DNA from: an uncultured Chloroflexia bacterium
GTDB lineage: Bacteria; Chloroflexota; Limnocylindria; Limnocylindrales; CSP1-4
Length of the DNA stretch: 64,000 bases
Direction: 5' to 3'
NCBI GenBank assembly: GCA_963768655.1
Contig: CAVYIM010000007.1
Span: 237,201 to 301,200 of the forward strand
The translations under genes and the position numbers were made by a program. The notes beneath the pieces were generated by a model. That model ran no database searches, was not told the origin of the DNA, and worked only from the letters and a program-made list of their open reading frames with translations. Of this stretch, positions 17,201 through 27,193 are shown piece by piece. Every line of letters begins with the position of its first letter. The stretch's first letter is position 1.

Positions 17201-19891
17201 CTAACGTCCGTCCCGCAGCGCGGGAGCGAGGCGCTGGATTGCGGCTCCGGCCAGCGCAGCCAGGTGGTCCAGCATCCGGAGTCTCTCGGGCGAAACCACC
17301 GCCGCGGCTGGGAGAGCCACCACGATGAGCCCGCAGACCTGGCCGTCGACCGGAATTGGGAGGCTCAGCAGCACGCCGTTCCCGTTGTCGTCCTCAGTCA
17401 GGACGCTGGAGTTGGACCACAGCCGGCCCCAGAAACCCTCGCCGCGATGGATCGACCGCCCGGTCTCCTCGAACCTGCCGAGGCCCGCCAGCTGGCGCAT
17501 GACCTCCGGTTCTACGACAGACGACAAACCCCGCGCGGCGTCTCCGAGGGCCACCAGCCCGTCGCGCGAACCGACGATGGCGGCTGCATGCCGCAGGGTC
17601 ACCAGCGCGACCTCTTCCGCGCCGCCGGCCGTCAGGAGGTCCCTGGCCGCGTCGAGAATCGCCCCCGGGACGGCCTCGGGCGGGCTCTCGGGCACACGTC
17701 CGGCGCCGGCTGCTCGACGTCGCTTCGCTTCGTACAGGGCCGCATCCGCGGCGCTCACCAGCTCGGCCTTGGCGGGTCCGTCCGCAGGCCAGTAGGCGAC
17801 CCCGACAGACGCTCCGAAAGGCAAGTCGGCCCCTCCGATGGGCGAGACTCGGACGGCCTCTCTCACGGCTACGCGAACGCGGCCCGCCACCTCTTCGGCC
17901 TTGGCGCGGCTGGCGCCGACCAGGAGCAGGGCGAACTCGTCGCCGCCGTATCGATACGCCCGGTCGTTCTGTCGCGTGGCCCCTACGATCGCCCTGGCTA
18001 CCGTCTGGAGGAGCGCGTCGCCGGCCGGGTGGCCGTAGGTGTCGTTGAATGCCTTGAACGAGTCCAGGTCCATCATCAGTAGCGAGAACGGCTTGCCGGC
18101 GTCGACGAGCCCATCCAGGTCGCGCTGGAATGTGCCGTGATTGCGAAGTCCGGTCAGGGCGTCGAGGTCCGCGCGTGTCGACACGGTCACGTGGGTCTCG
18201 GCGTTCTGAAGAGCGATCGAGGCCTGACCGGCGAACAGCTTGCTCAATTCGAACTCCGGCTCGCTGAAATGGGCCTCCGCGCCCCCCACGCGGGCCAGGT
18301 TCAGGCTCCCGACGACATCGCCGTGAACACGCAGCGGGACCACGATGACGTTCTGCGAGACGCGGTCGCCCGCCTGCCCGGCCGTCGCTGCCTCCCGGTC
18401 GCGCCGGCTCCCATCCGTGGCCGCACTCGTCGATCGAGTCGCGTCGCTCTGCAGAGTGCCCTGGAGCGCTCCCGCCAGAACGCCCTCGGCTATGTCGTTG
18501 GCGCAGACGGCGTCACCCCGACCGATGACCCAGCTCGTGAGACCCTCGTCCAGGGCGTGGCGAGATTGGCCGGCGACTGCTTCCGCCCCCGAGTCGCCGC
18601 GCGTCAGGACCACCTCGATGCCACCGGATTCGCGGTCGTGCCTGTAGATCGTCAGGCGATCGTAGTGGACGACGCTGCCGATGGTGTCCGCTATCTGTTC
18701 GAGCACCTGGCGCGGCTCCAGGGTCGACACCAACTGCTCGCTTACATCCAGCAGCCTGCGCTCCCCGGCGAGCTGGCGTTCCAGAGCTGTCTGCTGGTGT
18801 TCCAGGCGCTCGATGTTGTCGGCATTCTCTATCGCCTGGCCCGCGTACCGGCCGAAGATCGACAGCGCCTGTTCGTCTTCCCGGTCGTAGCGCCCGGCCC
18901 CGGCTTTCGACACGACGAGCACGCCATGGACTGCCTCGCCGTACGCCATCGGAACCAGCAGCAGCGACTCGGGCCCCATCGTCGACCGGAAGATCGACCG
19001 TCTTTCCAGTGCGGCGTCGGCGACGATCACGGGTTCGTTGTGCTTCGCCACCCACCCGGGCAGCGTCTCCGCGTACCCGGACGAGATGACTTCGAGCGGC
19101 GGCGAGACGATGCCGACGAAGGTGCCGGAAGCGGCAGCGAGGTGAAAGCCCCCGTGGACGGGATCGTCCCGGTACACCCGCACCGTATCGCAGTCGACCA
19201 AACGCCCCACCTCGGCGACGATGGCCTCCACGATGGCCTCGACGTCCCGAAGCTGGGCCAGCCGAAGGCTCAGCTCGTGGATGGCCGTAAGTCGGTTTGC
19301 CAGCGATCGCACCGATGCGTACAGCCGGGAGTTCTGCATCGCGGTCGCCAGCTGGCCCGCGAAACCCGTGGCCAGGCCGAGATCCCTCACGGTCCAGGGG
19401 TGGGGCCGACGGTGAATGACGATCAACAGGCCGAGCATCTCACCCGGCACGCGGCACGGCACCCCGGCCAGACCGACGATTTCCTGCTTCTGCGCGACCG
19501 CCCGGATCTCTTCCGCAATCGGGTTCGTGGCGTCGTCCAGCGGGATCGCGACCAGTGGGCTGTCCGGCCAGCGTTGCATGATCGACTGCAGCGGACTGAT
19601 CACGTGGTGGTCCAGGGCGTCGAGGACATCCCTCGGAATCGACCGGCTGGCGGTCAGGACCAGCGAATGATCAGCCTCTTCGCGCCAGAACGCGACGCCG
19701 TCCGCCACGAGCACGAGCTCCACGCCGGCGAGCACCTCGTCGAACAGGCGGGCTCGGGCCGCCCGCTCGGTCTCGCTGTCCAGGAGCTCGGAATCGGCAG
19801 CGATCGGGTCACGCGCGAGCGTCGGAGCGACCTCCGGGGCGGCATCCTCGAACGGCCGACCGGACTCCAGGGCGAAGCTGTGGCTCTCCAT
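17201..19891 (-). CDS. Multi-GAF diguanylate cyclase
   Basis: Three GAF-like repeats; DALTGLRN, DLDSFKAFNDTYGHPAGD, RYGGDEF with RxxD I-site (RQND); degenerate GAF-like C-terminus. Confidence 0.93.
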   Translation of the reverse strand: MESHSFALESGRPFEDAAPEVAPTLARDPIAADSELLDSETERAARARLFDEVLAGVELVLVADGVAFWREEADHSLVLTASRSIPRDVLDALDHHVISPLQSIMQRWPDSPLVAIPLDDATNPIAEEIRAVAQKQEIVGLAGVPCRVPGEMLGLLIVIHRRPHPWTVRDLGLATGFAGQLATAMQNSRLYASVRSLANRLTAIHELSLRLAQLRDVEAIVEAIVAEVGRLVDCDTVRVYRDDPVHGGFHLAAASGTFVGIVSPPLEVISSGYAETLPGWVAKHNEPVIVADAALERRSIFRSTMGPESLLLVPMAYGEAVHGVLVVSKAGAGRYDREDEQALSIFGRYAGQAIENADNIERLEHQQTALERQLAGERRLLDVSEQLVSTLEPRQVLEQIADTIGSVVHYDRLTIYRHDRESGGIEVVLTRGDSGAEAVAGQSRHALDEGLTSWVIGRGDAVCANDIAEGVLAGALQGTLQSDATRSTSAATDGSRRDREAATAGQAGDRVSQNVIVVPLRVHGDVVGSLNLARVGGAEAHFSEPEFELSKLFAGQASIALQNAETHVTVSTRADLDALTGLRNHGTFQRDLDGLVDAGKPFSLLMMDLDSFKAFNDTYGHPAGDALLQTVARAIVGATRQNDRAYRYGGDEFALLLVGASRAKAEEVAGRVRVAVREAVRVSPIGGADLPFGASVGVAYWPADGPAKAELVSAADAALYEAKRRRAAGAGRVPESPPEAVPGAILDAARDLLTAGGAEEVALVTLRHAAAIVGSRDGLVALGDAARGLSSVVEPEVMRQLAGLGRFEETGRSIHRGEGFWGRLWSNSSVLTEDDNGNGVLLSLPIPVDGQVCGLIVVALPAAAVVSPERLRMLDHLAALAGAAIQRLAPALRDGR

Positions 19892-19984
19892 TGCCGGCAA
19901 TTGTGACTCGGGGGCTCTCGCACGCCAGCCACCGATAGGACATCCCCCAAGCGTGGGGGTTCGGGGGTGAGACTCCCGATGCAG

Positions 19985-20941
19985 CTAGCCGCGCTCGATT
20001 GGAGCCACGAGAGTCGCGGCCGATCGATCGCTCTCGGCCGGCTCGGCAGGCGACAGCCCATCCAGGGGAGCGGCCGCGTGGTAGTGACCGTCGTCGGCGG
20101 TCTCGTGTCGGTGCGAGTGGCTGATCGGACCGTGCCGGTGCAGGTGCTCGTGGATGAGATTCGCGCGAACGAGCAAGTCCGTGTCGGCCAGGATCGTGGC
20201 CGGATCGCCGTCCGCGACGACCCTCCCCTGCTCGCTCAGCACAACGGCCCGATCCGCGATCAGGGGCACGATGTCGAGCTCGTGAGTGGCGACGATGAGC
20301 GTCCGGCCGGCCGCTCCGAGACGCTGGATCAGATCCACCAGAACCCACTTGGTGCGCGGATCCAGCGAGGCCGTGGGCTCGTCCAGGAGGAGTACCTCCG
20401 GCCTCAGGGACAGAACGGAGGCGATCGCCGCGCGCTTCTTCTCCCCGCCTGAAAGTTCGAATGGAGCCCTGTCGGCCAGGTGCGCGATCTCCATCGCCGC
20501 CAGGGCCTCGTCGCAGCGCTGCTTGACCTCGTCCGCGGCCAGGCCCAGCTGAAGCGGCCCGAATGCCACGTCGTCGAGCACGGTCGCGCTGAAGAGCTGA
20601 ATGTCCGGGTCCTGGAAGACGAGACCGACCTGGCGGTGGAAGGTGAAGGCCTCCTGCCCGGCCGCGACTGCGGCGACGTCGGAGCCGAGGGCGCGCATCG
20701 TGCCGCTCGACGGGGCGGCGATGCCGTCGAGCAGCTTCAGGAGCGTCGACTTTCCGCTGCCGTTTGCGCCCAGCAGTACGACTCGTTCGCCAGGCCAGAT
20801 GTCGAGGGTCAAGCCGTCGAGGGCGGTCTGCCGGCCCGAATAGAGGTAGCCGACGTCTCGAAGGTTGAACAGGGGTTCGCCGGGGCCGACAGCCTCGGCC
20901 CTTCGATCGCCGGCCGCCGGGTCGAGATTTCGGCCGTTCAC
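19985..20941 (-). CDS. cbiO: ECF Ni/Co transporter ATPase (CbiO/NikO)
   Basis: GANGSGKS, VFQDPD, LSGGEKKR, LLLDEPT; His-rich C-terminus. Confidence 0.9.
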   Translation of the reverse strand: MNGRNLDPAAGDRRAEAVGPGEPLFNLRDVGYLYSGRQTALDGLTLDIWPGERVVLLGANGSGKSTLLKLLDGIAAPSSGTMRALGSDVAAVAAGQEAFTFHRQVGLVFQDPDIQLFSATVLDDVAFGPLQLGLAADEVKQRCDEALAAMEIAHLADRAPFELSGGEKKRAAIASVLSLRPEVLLLDEPTASLDPRTKWVLVDLIQRLGAAGRTLIVATHELDIVPLIADRAVVLSEQGRVVADGDPATILADTDLLVRANLIHEHLHRHGPISHSHRHETADDGHYHAAAPLDGLSPAEPAESDRSAATLVAPIERG

Positions 20942-21804
20942 GCCACGACTCGCGACACGAGCACCGCGCCGACGCCGAAGGCCCCGGTGGCGCCGAGGGC
21001 CAGCCAGTCGGCCATGCGCATTCGATAGGTGCTGTAGACCCGCACTTCTCCCGTGAAGCCGCGCGCGAGCATGGCGGCGTACACGTCGTTGCTCATCTTG
21101 AAGGCGCGGCTCATCAGGTTGCCCATGGTGCCGGTGATCCAGCGGCGCTGCTCTCCGCCGCTCGTCCGGCCCACCACGCGGCTCTTGCGGGCCAGGAGCA
21201 TGCCGTTTGCCGTGTGCAGGAAGAGGAAGATGTAGCGGTAGGTCATGGACAGGACGAGCACGAAGACCTGCGGCGTTCGAAGCGCGCGAAGGCTCTTGAG
21301 AACATCCGCCCACGGGGTCGTGAGGACCATCAGCACGGCCAGCGACACTGACACTCCCACCCGGCTGACGAAGATCGCCGCTCCGGCGAGGCCATTCCAG
21401 GACGGAGCCAGGTGCGCCGGCCCGAGCGCCAGGTCGAAGACCCGTACCCCGGGCACGAAGAAGATGGCCGGCACGACTACGATCCCGGCGAAGAACGGGA
21501 TCCCGAGCCAGACGCGCTTGATGAAGAAGCCGAATGGAACGCGGCTAGCCCGCGCCGCCGCGAGGGTGGCGGCATACAGGAGCGCGAGACCGACGACCGA
21601 GCTCGCCAGGCTGGCCGCTACGATGGCCATGAGGAAGCCGACGAGCTTCGCGCGGGGATCGCGTCGCTGCAGCCATCCGTCGGAGCGGGCGTGCCGTTCC
21701 GTGAAGATGGCGTGCTCGATGTTGGCGGTGATGCCACCGACGGTCTGCTCCAGCCAGCCGATGCGTCCGTCAGCTGCCGGGCGCCCGGCTGCGACCGCGG
21801 TCAC
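20938..21804 (-). CDS. cbiQ: ECF Ni/Co transporter T component (CbiQ/NikQ)
   Basis: DPRAKL, TYRYIF, ARKSR and AMLARGF motifs. Confidence 0.9.
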   Translation of the reverse strand: MTAVAAGRPAADGRIGWLEQTVGGITANIEHAIFTERHARSDGWLQRRDPRAKLVGFLMAIVAASLASSVVGLALLYAATLAAARASRVPFGFFIKRVWLGIPFFAGIVVVPAIFFVPGVRVFDLALGPAHLAPSWNGLAGAAIFVSRVGVSVSLAVLMVLTTPWADVLKSLRALRTPQVFVLVLSMTYRYIFLFLHTANGMLLARKSRVVGRTSGGEQRRWITGTMGNLMSRAFKMSNDVYAAMLARGFTGEVRVYSTYRMRMADWLALGATGAFGVGAVLVSRVVA

Positions 21805-23084
21805 GAGCCGGCCTCCGCGGCCGCCCCAGCCTGCCCGTTGCCGCGGCTTAGCAATCGGGCGATCCCGTATACGACCGCGCCGATGAGCGTGATCCCGATG
21901 ATGCCGGCGACCTCGTAGCCGATTGCGGCGTGCCAGAGCGGCGCGCTCGCCTCGGAGAAGAACGGCAGGGGCAGGTTGTAGCCGGCCATCGGGGCCGCGA
22001 AGACGCCCGACAGCTGCTGCAGGCCCGAGGGCACGTAGCCGAACGCAGCCTTGACGTCCTCGGTGCTGCCCTCCCCATACGCGATCCCGGGCGCGATGAG
22101 ACCGAGCGGAGCAATCACGGCAATCGCCACGAAGGTCGCACCGATGCGCTTGGCGGCCCGCGGCAGGAGCAAGTAGCTGGCCGGTATCAGGATGGCGCCG
22201 ATCACGATCGTCACGACCAGCATCGTCGCCACCGACGGCCAGTCGACCCGCGACCAGTCGGCGCCGAACATGCGATTGGGGTTGCCGCCACCCTCGATCA
22301 GGCCGATGGCGGCCAGGGCCACGACTCCCGCGCCGACAGACGCCGCGACAAGCTGCCAGAGCGGGCGTCTGGCGACGGTCCCTTCCGCAACCGCGTCGGG
22401 CGCGAAGATCCGGCTCATGCTCGTCAGGTACTCCGGGTGGCGCCGCTGCAGATACGCGACTCCGAGGCCCGTGATCAGACCCTCCACGATCGACGCTCCG
22501 AAGGCGTGCGCGGCAACCATCGCCGGGATCGCCTCGGACAGCCCATACGGGCTATAGAGAGCGTGCCCGTTCTGGGAGAAGAGGATCGGTTCGATGCCGA
22601 GTTCGACGCCTACGGTGAACGCCGCGACGGTGATGCCCACGTATGCACCGATGCCCGCGGCCACGGCCCGACGAGTGGACAGCACCGGCGAGCCCGCGGC
22701 GAGGAGGCGGTACGTCCCATACCCGACGAACGGCAGGATGATGGCCATGTTCAGGCAGTTCGCGAAGATCGCCAGCACGCCGCCGTCACCGAAGAAGAGG
22801 GCCTGCAGAATCAGCGCCGTACTGACGGCGATGCAGGCGGCCCATGGCCCCAGGACGACGGCGATGAGCGTCCCTCCCACTCCATGTGCCGTCGTGCCGC
22901 CCGGAACCGGGACGTTGAACATCATGATCGTGAAGCTGAGGGCCGAGAAGATCGCCAGCAGCGGCACGGTCCTGTTGTTCAGGACCTTCTTGACCTTCTG
23001 CGTCGCCACCGCCCAGACTGGTAGTGTCGGTACCGCGAGGGCGAGAGAGACGGCTGGCGCAAGGTAGCCGTCGGGTATGTGCAC
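21801..23084 (-). CDS. cbiM: ECF Ni/Co transporter S component with fused NikN-like domain (CbiM/NikMN)
   Basis: GTG start gives MHIPDGYL; NVPVPGGTTAH, QALFFGDGG; C-terminal AYGEG...APMAGY segment; GGAGAG RBS. Confidence 0.9.
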   Translation of the reverse strand: MHIPDGYLAPAVSLALAVPTLPVWAVATQKVKKVLNNRTVPLLAIFSALSFTIMMFNVPVPGGTTAHGVGGTLIAVVLGPWAACIAVSTALILQALFFGDGGVLAIFANCLNMAIILPFVGYGTYRLLAAGSPVLSTRRAVAAGIGAYVGITVAAFTVGVELGIEPILFSQNGHALYSPYGLSEAIPAMVAAHAFGASIVEGLITGLGVAYLQRRHPEYLTSMSRIFAPDAVAEGTVARRPLWQLVAASVGAGVVALAAIGLIEGGGNPNRMFGADWSRVDWPSVATMLVVTIVIGAILIPASYLLLPRAAKRIGATFVAIAVIAPLGLIAPGIAYGEGSTEDVKAAFGYVPSGLQQLSGVFAAPMAGYNLPLPFFSEASAPLWHAAIGYEVAGIIGITLIGAVVYGIARLLSRGNGQAGAAAEAGS

Positions 23085-23114
23085 CAGGGCTCTCCAGATG
23101 TTCCGCCTGACGCT

Positions 23115-23131
23115 ACAGTTTGCTATTGCAA
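23115..23131. promoter_or_regulatory. Candidate operator between the transporter and the Fur-family gene
   Basis: AT-rich patch with inverted repeat TTGC-N4-GCAA (23120-23131) in the divergent intergenic region. Confidence 0.35.
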
Positions 23132-23204
23132 CGCGTCGCGGCTGACGCAAGTCTACGTCCTCGCGCCGATGCGCGACAATCGGGGGCGCAGAAAGGACCG
23201 CCCA

Positions 23205-23669
23205 GTGCCACAGGCAGAACCCAACCCAGGCGCCGGAGTGACCGGCGCGAGCCCATGGGATGAGGCCGCCGATCGAATCAGAGCCAGCGGCCTCCGCTGG
23301 ACGCCTCAACGGCGAACCCTGGTCGAAGTCCTGCGGGAACGCGAGGGGCACGTCACGGCGACGGAGCTGATCGCGCGTTGCCGGGAGCGCGACCAGACGA
23401 CCACCCCCTCAACTGTCTATCGGACGCTGGATCTGCTCGAGGATCTGGGACTCGTCAAGCACGGTCACGGACACGACGGGCGCGAGGAGTACCACATCCT
23501 CCCCCAACAGGTCCACGGTCATCTCTACTGCGTGGGCTGCGGCACCACGTGGGAGATCCGGCCTGAAACGGGAGCCGTCATCGTGGAGGCGCTGGCGTCG
23601 CAGCTGGGCTTCGTCGTGGATCTCTCGCACGTGACGATCTCTGGTCGCTGCGCCGGCTGCCATGACTGA
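23205..23669 (+). CDS. Fur-family metal-responsive regulator (possibly Nur-like)
   Basis: GLRWTPQRR, STVYRTLDLLEDLGLV, HGHLYCVGC, CAGC; divergent from the Ni/Co ECF operon; start uncertain. Confidence 0.88.
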   Translation: MPQAEPNPGAGVTGASPWDEAADRIRASGLRWTPQRRTLVEVLREREGHVTATELIARCRERDQTTTPSTVYRTLDLLEDLGLVKHGHGHDGREEYHILPQQVHGHLYCVGCGTTWEIRPETGAVIVEALASQLGFVVDLSHVTISGRCAGCHD

Positions 23670-23690
23670 CTTCCGGCCCTGGCTCGCCCC

Positions 23691-24557
23691 CTAGTACGGA
23701 ACCACCAGCAGCCACTTTCCGTCACGACCCGGGTAGTGCCCCTCGGGTCGCTTCCACGGAAGGTAGTTCTTGGCCATGGCGGTCATGTCCCGGAACGTGT
23801 CCGGGGGCAGCGTCTGGCCCCAGATCGAGCTCAGGCGCGGATAGAACGGATCAACGATGTACGCGCCGAGAACCGCGAAGCCTCCGGGGTAGTAGCGCGG
23901 GTCGTTGGTGGACTGGAAACCGGTCATGACCCATGAATGGGCGCCCTTCCAGGCCAGCAACCCAACGGGCAGGTTCGTCTTGCGCAACGCCGTGGCCGCG
24001 TCGTCCAGCGCCTGGTTGAGAGTGTTGTCCACGACAAGCTTGTAGCGATGGCCGCTCAACTGGGTCATCGTGATGGCCCAGCCAGCCGGGCCGTAGCCAC
24101 CGTTGAGGCTGTCCGTCTTCGTTGTGTTGGCGACGATCGTGTTGCTGATCACCAGCTGGCGCGCCGTCGTCAGATCTATCTTCGGCCCGATGATGTTGAG
24201 CATGTTCTGCACTGCACCGGCCATGCACGCTTCCCTGTCGTGCTGCGAGACGAACGTTCCGGCCCGATAGATGTCTATGCTGAACGGGGCAGGCGTGGGC
24301 GCCGGCGTTGGGAAGGACGGCCAGACAAAGGGGGTGCCGGTTGCGTCGGGAGTTGCCGAGTCGGTGGGCGGCGCCGTCTCGCCCGGCGTCTCGCTCGGCG
24401 TCGGGGCGGGGGTGATCGTCGACCGCGTCGCAGATGGACCATTGGCGGCCGCCGTTCCCACGGCGACCCAGGCCGCTGACGCGAGGATCACGCAAACCGC
24501 CACGTAGGCCCCCACCCCAACCAGAGCCCGCCACCGTGACTTCGACCGCCGCGCCAT
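23691..24557 (-). CDS. Secreted papain-fold (C39-like) peptidase with Pro/Thr linker
   Basis: N-terminal TM/signal; TP repeats; SQHDREACMAG (Gln/Cys), AHSWVMTG (His), YIVDP (Asp). Confidence 0.7.
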   Translation of the reverse strand: MARRSKSRWRALVGVGAYVAVCVILASAAWVAVGTAAANGPSATRSTITPAPTPSETPGETAPPTDSATPDATGTPFVWPSFPTPAPTPAPFSIDIYRAGTFVSQHDREACMAGAVQNMLNIIGPKIDLTTARQLVISNTIVANTTKTDSLNGGYGPAGWAITMTQLSGHRYKLVVDNTLNQALDDAATALRKTNLPVGLLAWKGAHSWVMTGFQSTNDPRYYPGGFAVLGAYIVDPFYPRLSSIWGQTLPPDTFRDMTAMAKNYLPWKRPEGHYPGRDGKWLLVVPY

Positions 24558-24770
24558 CAAGCCGCATTTCCTCCGCATCGTCCCGTCCGCCGCGTCCGCG
24601 GCGCTGCCGAAAGACGCGGCGGGCCAGGACTGCGTGACGGACAGCCGTGCGCCAAACCGTCTGACTCAGGATACGCCCACTCGGCCAAGACCGAGGAAAC
24701 CGAGCCCGTCAGGGCATCGTGCGAGGCCGCGCCCGCCCCTCGCGCCAAGCACCTGGCGCTCTTCGCCGCC

Positions 24771-25214
24771 TCAGGAGAAGAGAACCGTCCCGAAGACATG
24801 GCGCCGACCCAGGGCGGTGATGGGGTCGTCGAAATGGACGCTGCCGGAAGCCTCGCGCTCGTACGTGCACAGCACCACCGTCGGGTCCCCGTCCCGGTGT
24901 TCCAGCCCTATGGCGATAGCCTCCGTCAAGCCGCCGCCCTCTTCCTTTGGCACCAACGCGTCCCAGCAGACCGCGCATGCCTTGATCGTGCCCGCTCGGG
25001 CCTGCAGACGGAACGTGGCGTACAAGGAATCGATGATCAGCGGATTGGACGGGTCCCGCAGCGTGGGGGCCACGTCGATCACCGCCAGCTGACCACTCGC
25101 CGCCAGCCGAGCGCCAAAGGGCCGGAACTCGCCGGTCTCCTCGAGCATCCGCTCCGCCAGGCCGAGCATGGGAGTGAGCAGTTCGTTGAAGTCCGTGCGG
25201 ATGCTCGGTTCCAT
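24771..25214 (-). CDS. Hypothetical protein
   Basis: ATG with AGGAGAG RBS; globular-looking sequence (MLEETGEFRPFGA...IGLEHRDG). Confidence 0.7.
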   Translation of the reverse strand: MEPSIRTDFNELLTPMLGLAERMLEETGEFRPFGARLAASGQLAVIDVAPTLRDPSNPLIIDSLYATFRLQARAGTIKACAVCWDALVPKEEGGGLTEAIAIGLEHRDGDPTVVLCTYEREASGSVHFDDPITALGRRHVFGTVLFS

Positions 25215-25348
25215 GAGTCTCTCCTGCGCTTGCCCGGCCGGGCGGCCGGCCGCTGGCCGACCGGTAACTGCTTCCACGGAAGAAGTCGGCAGAAGAGCGC
25301 CACCCTCAAGCCGCGGCCCGTCAAACGCGGCTCCTCGGCTCGACGCCG

Positions 25349-26041
25349 TCAGGGCGCCTCGGTGCCGCGCGTGCCTCGTCGCAGGACGAGAACGGCGCCG
25401 CTTGCCGCAGTGGCCATCCCGGCAACGAAGAGCGGCCATGGGAACCAGCCCGGCAGGCCGCCGGCCATGATGCGGGGCGCGTCGGCCGTGAAGCTCAGCA
25501 CCACGAGAAGGCCGCCGACGAGTCCAAGCCCCACCTCGCGCCGCCCGGTGCCAAGGGCCACTCCGCTCTCTGCCCGGCGTGCGGCGGTCAATCCAAATCC
25601 AACGAGGGCGGCGCTCACCGCCACGGGCGCCCACACCGGCCCGATCCAGGGCACGGGAATCAAGAACAACACATCCCACGTCCCTGGCGAGTGTGGCCAG
25701 CCAACGAAGATCCACAGCCAAACGTAGTAGAAGATGTCCCACACGCCGAAGGCGACCGCAGCCCAGGCCAGCCGCTCGAGCCAGGTCCGTCCAGTCAGCC
25801 AGCCAATCCCCGCCAGCATGACCAGCGTGGCGAACTCACGGCCCACCTCGATCGCGGCCAGGTCGCCGACCACCTCCGGGCCGCGCAGCGGGAAGAGCTG
25901 ATCGGGCGTGATGCTCAGGGCGCGCTGCAGATAGACGACGACCGCCGCCTCCAGGTAAGCCATCGCCACCGCGAACACGACGACCGCAATCGCGGCGCTG
26001 CGGAAGCGCTCGGGCCGCCTGGCCACGGGGGCGCCGTCCAT
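25349..26041 (-). CDS. Hypothetical integral membrane protein
   Basis: About 6 TM segments; AMAYLEAAVVVYL, EVGREFAT, WDIFYY, WDVLFLIPVPW. Confidence 0.8.
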   Translation of the reverse strand: MDGAPVARRPERFRSAAIAVVVFAVAMAYLEAAVVVYLQRALSITPDQLFPLRGPEVVGDLAAIEVGREFATLVMLAGIGWLTGRTWLERLAWAAVAFGVWDIFYYVWLWIFVGWPHSPGTWDVLFLIPVPWIGPVWAPVAVSAALVGFGLTAARRAESGVALGTGRREVGLGLVGGLLVVLSFTADAPRIMAGGLPGWFPWPLFVAGMATAASGAVLVLRRGTRGTEAP

Positions 26042-26195
26042 CAGTCCATCACGGCCCGGCGATGCCGTCGGGCGATCGTGTCCGCAAGGTTCCGGGAGCC
26101 GTCCGGGGCAGACGCCCGAGGGCTCCGCAGGATTGCCTCCTGCTTGTAGTTGAGCCGCGGCAAGGGCGTCCCTCCGGGCAAGGCGACCTGGGGTT

Positions 26196-26271
26196 TGGCG
26201 CCCCCGGCCGGACTCGAACCGACGACGCCCGCCTTAGGACGGCGGCGCTCTGTCCACTGAGCTACGGGGGC
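26196..26271 (-). tRNA. tRNA-Arg(CCT)
   Basis: GCCCCCGTAGCTCAGTGGACAGAGCG-CCGCC GT CCT AA GGCGG-...GGTTCGAGTCC...GGGGGCGCCA; -10 TAACAT just upstream. Confidence 0.95.
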
Positions 26272-26329
26272 CCGGACCGATGTTACCGCGTCCGCGGACA
26301 ACAACCACACCCTGCAGTGCGCCTCAGGC

Positions 26330-27193
26330 CTAGACCGCCGCCTCGAACCGATAGCGATCGCGATCGCGGACCAGGCAACCGACCGGGTGGAAAGGCTCAT
26401 GGGAGAGGACGATCGTCCAGTCCTCCTCGGTTGCGCGGGCGAACAGCGCCGCCTTGACGGCCACGGAGTCGAGGGGGAAGTCGTCGAACGCGGTGACCCA
26501 GCGCGGGTTCGCGCTCCAGGGCCGCATGAAGAGATCGCCAAGGAACGCGACCGTGATGTCCCGGCCGCGGATCAGGACTCCCTGGTGACCGGCCGAATGG
26601 CCGCCCGTCGGCATGACGCTGACGCCGGGCAGGATCTCGGCCTCCCCGTCCGCGGCCCCGCGCAGCCCCAGATCGCGCACCAACCGCAGCTCTGGCTGGT
26701 CGTAGCTGGCCACCAGGCGCGGATTGCCCCCCATGGCGATCTCCCACTCGGCCAGCTGGGCGACGAACCTGGCTCGGGGGAAGGCCAGGTCTCCGTTCGC
26801 GCGCAGCAGGCCGCCTGCATGGTCGAAGTGGAGGTGACTCACCGCCACAGCATCGACCGAACCCGGGTCGAAGCCCGCGTTCTCGAGCGCCGGGACGATC
26901 CATGGGCCCTCGTACGCCCGCATCGTCCGAACCTTGTCGCTGACCCGCTCTCCGATGCCGGTCTCGACGAGCACTCGACCGGCGGGCGTCTCCACGAGCA
27001 GGCAGTTGAGCGCCTGCAGGATGCGGTGTTGGTCGTCGATCTCCGGGGCGACCAGGTCGTTCCACATCATGCGCGGCACCACACCCAGCAGAGCGCCCGC
27101 ATCCGAGCGGAACTGGCCCGCCTGGATCAGCGCGACTCTTGTTCCTCCGCCCAGCTCGGCCGACCAGTGGACGGAGTCGTTGAGCGTCGTCAT
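26330..27193 (-). CDS. MBL-fold metallo-hydrolase (YtnP-like)
   Basis: [28 protein letters not shown]. Confidence 0.9.
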   Translation of the reverse strand: MTTLNDSVHWSAELGGGTRVALIQAGQFRSDAGALLGVVPRMMWNDLVAPEIDDQHRILQALNCLLVETPAGRVLVETGIGERVSDKVRTMRAYEGPWIVPALENAGFDPGSVDAVAVSHLHFDHAGGLLRANGDLAFPRARFVAQLAEWEIAMGGNPRLVASYDQPELRLVRDLGLRGAADGEAEILPGVSVMPTGGHSAGHQGVLIRGRDITVAFLGDLFMRPWSANPRWVTAFDDFPLDSVAVKAALFARATEEDWTIVLSHEPFHPVGCLVRDRDRYRFEAAV

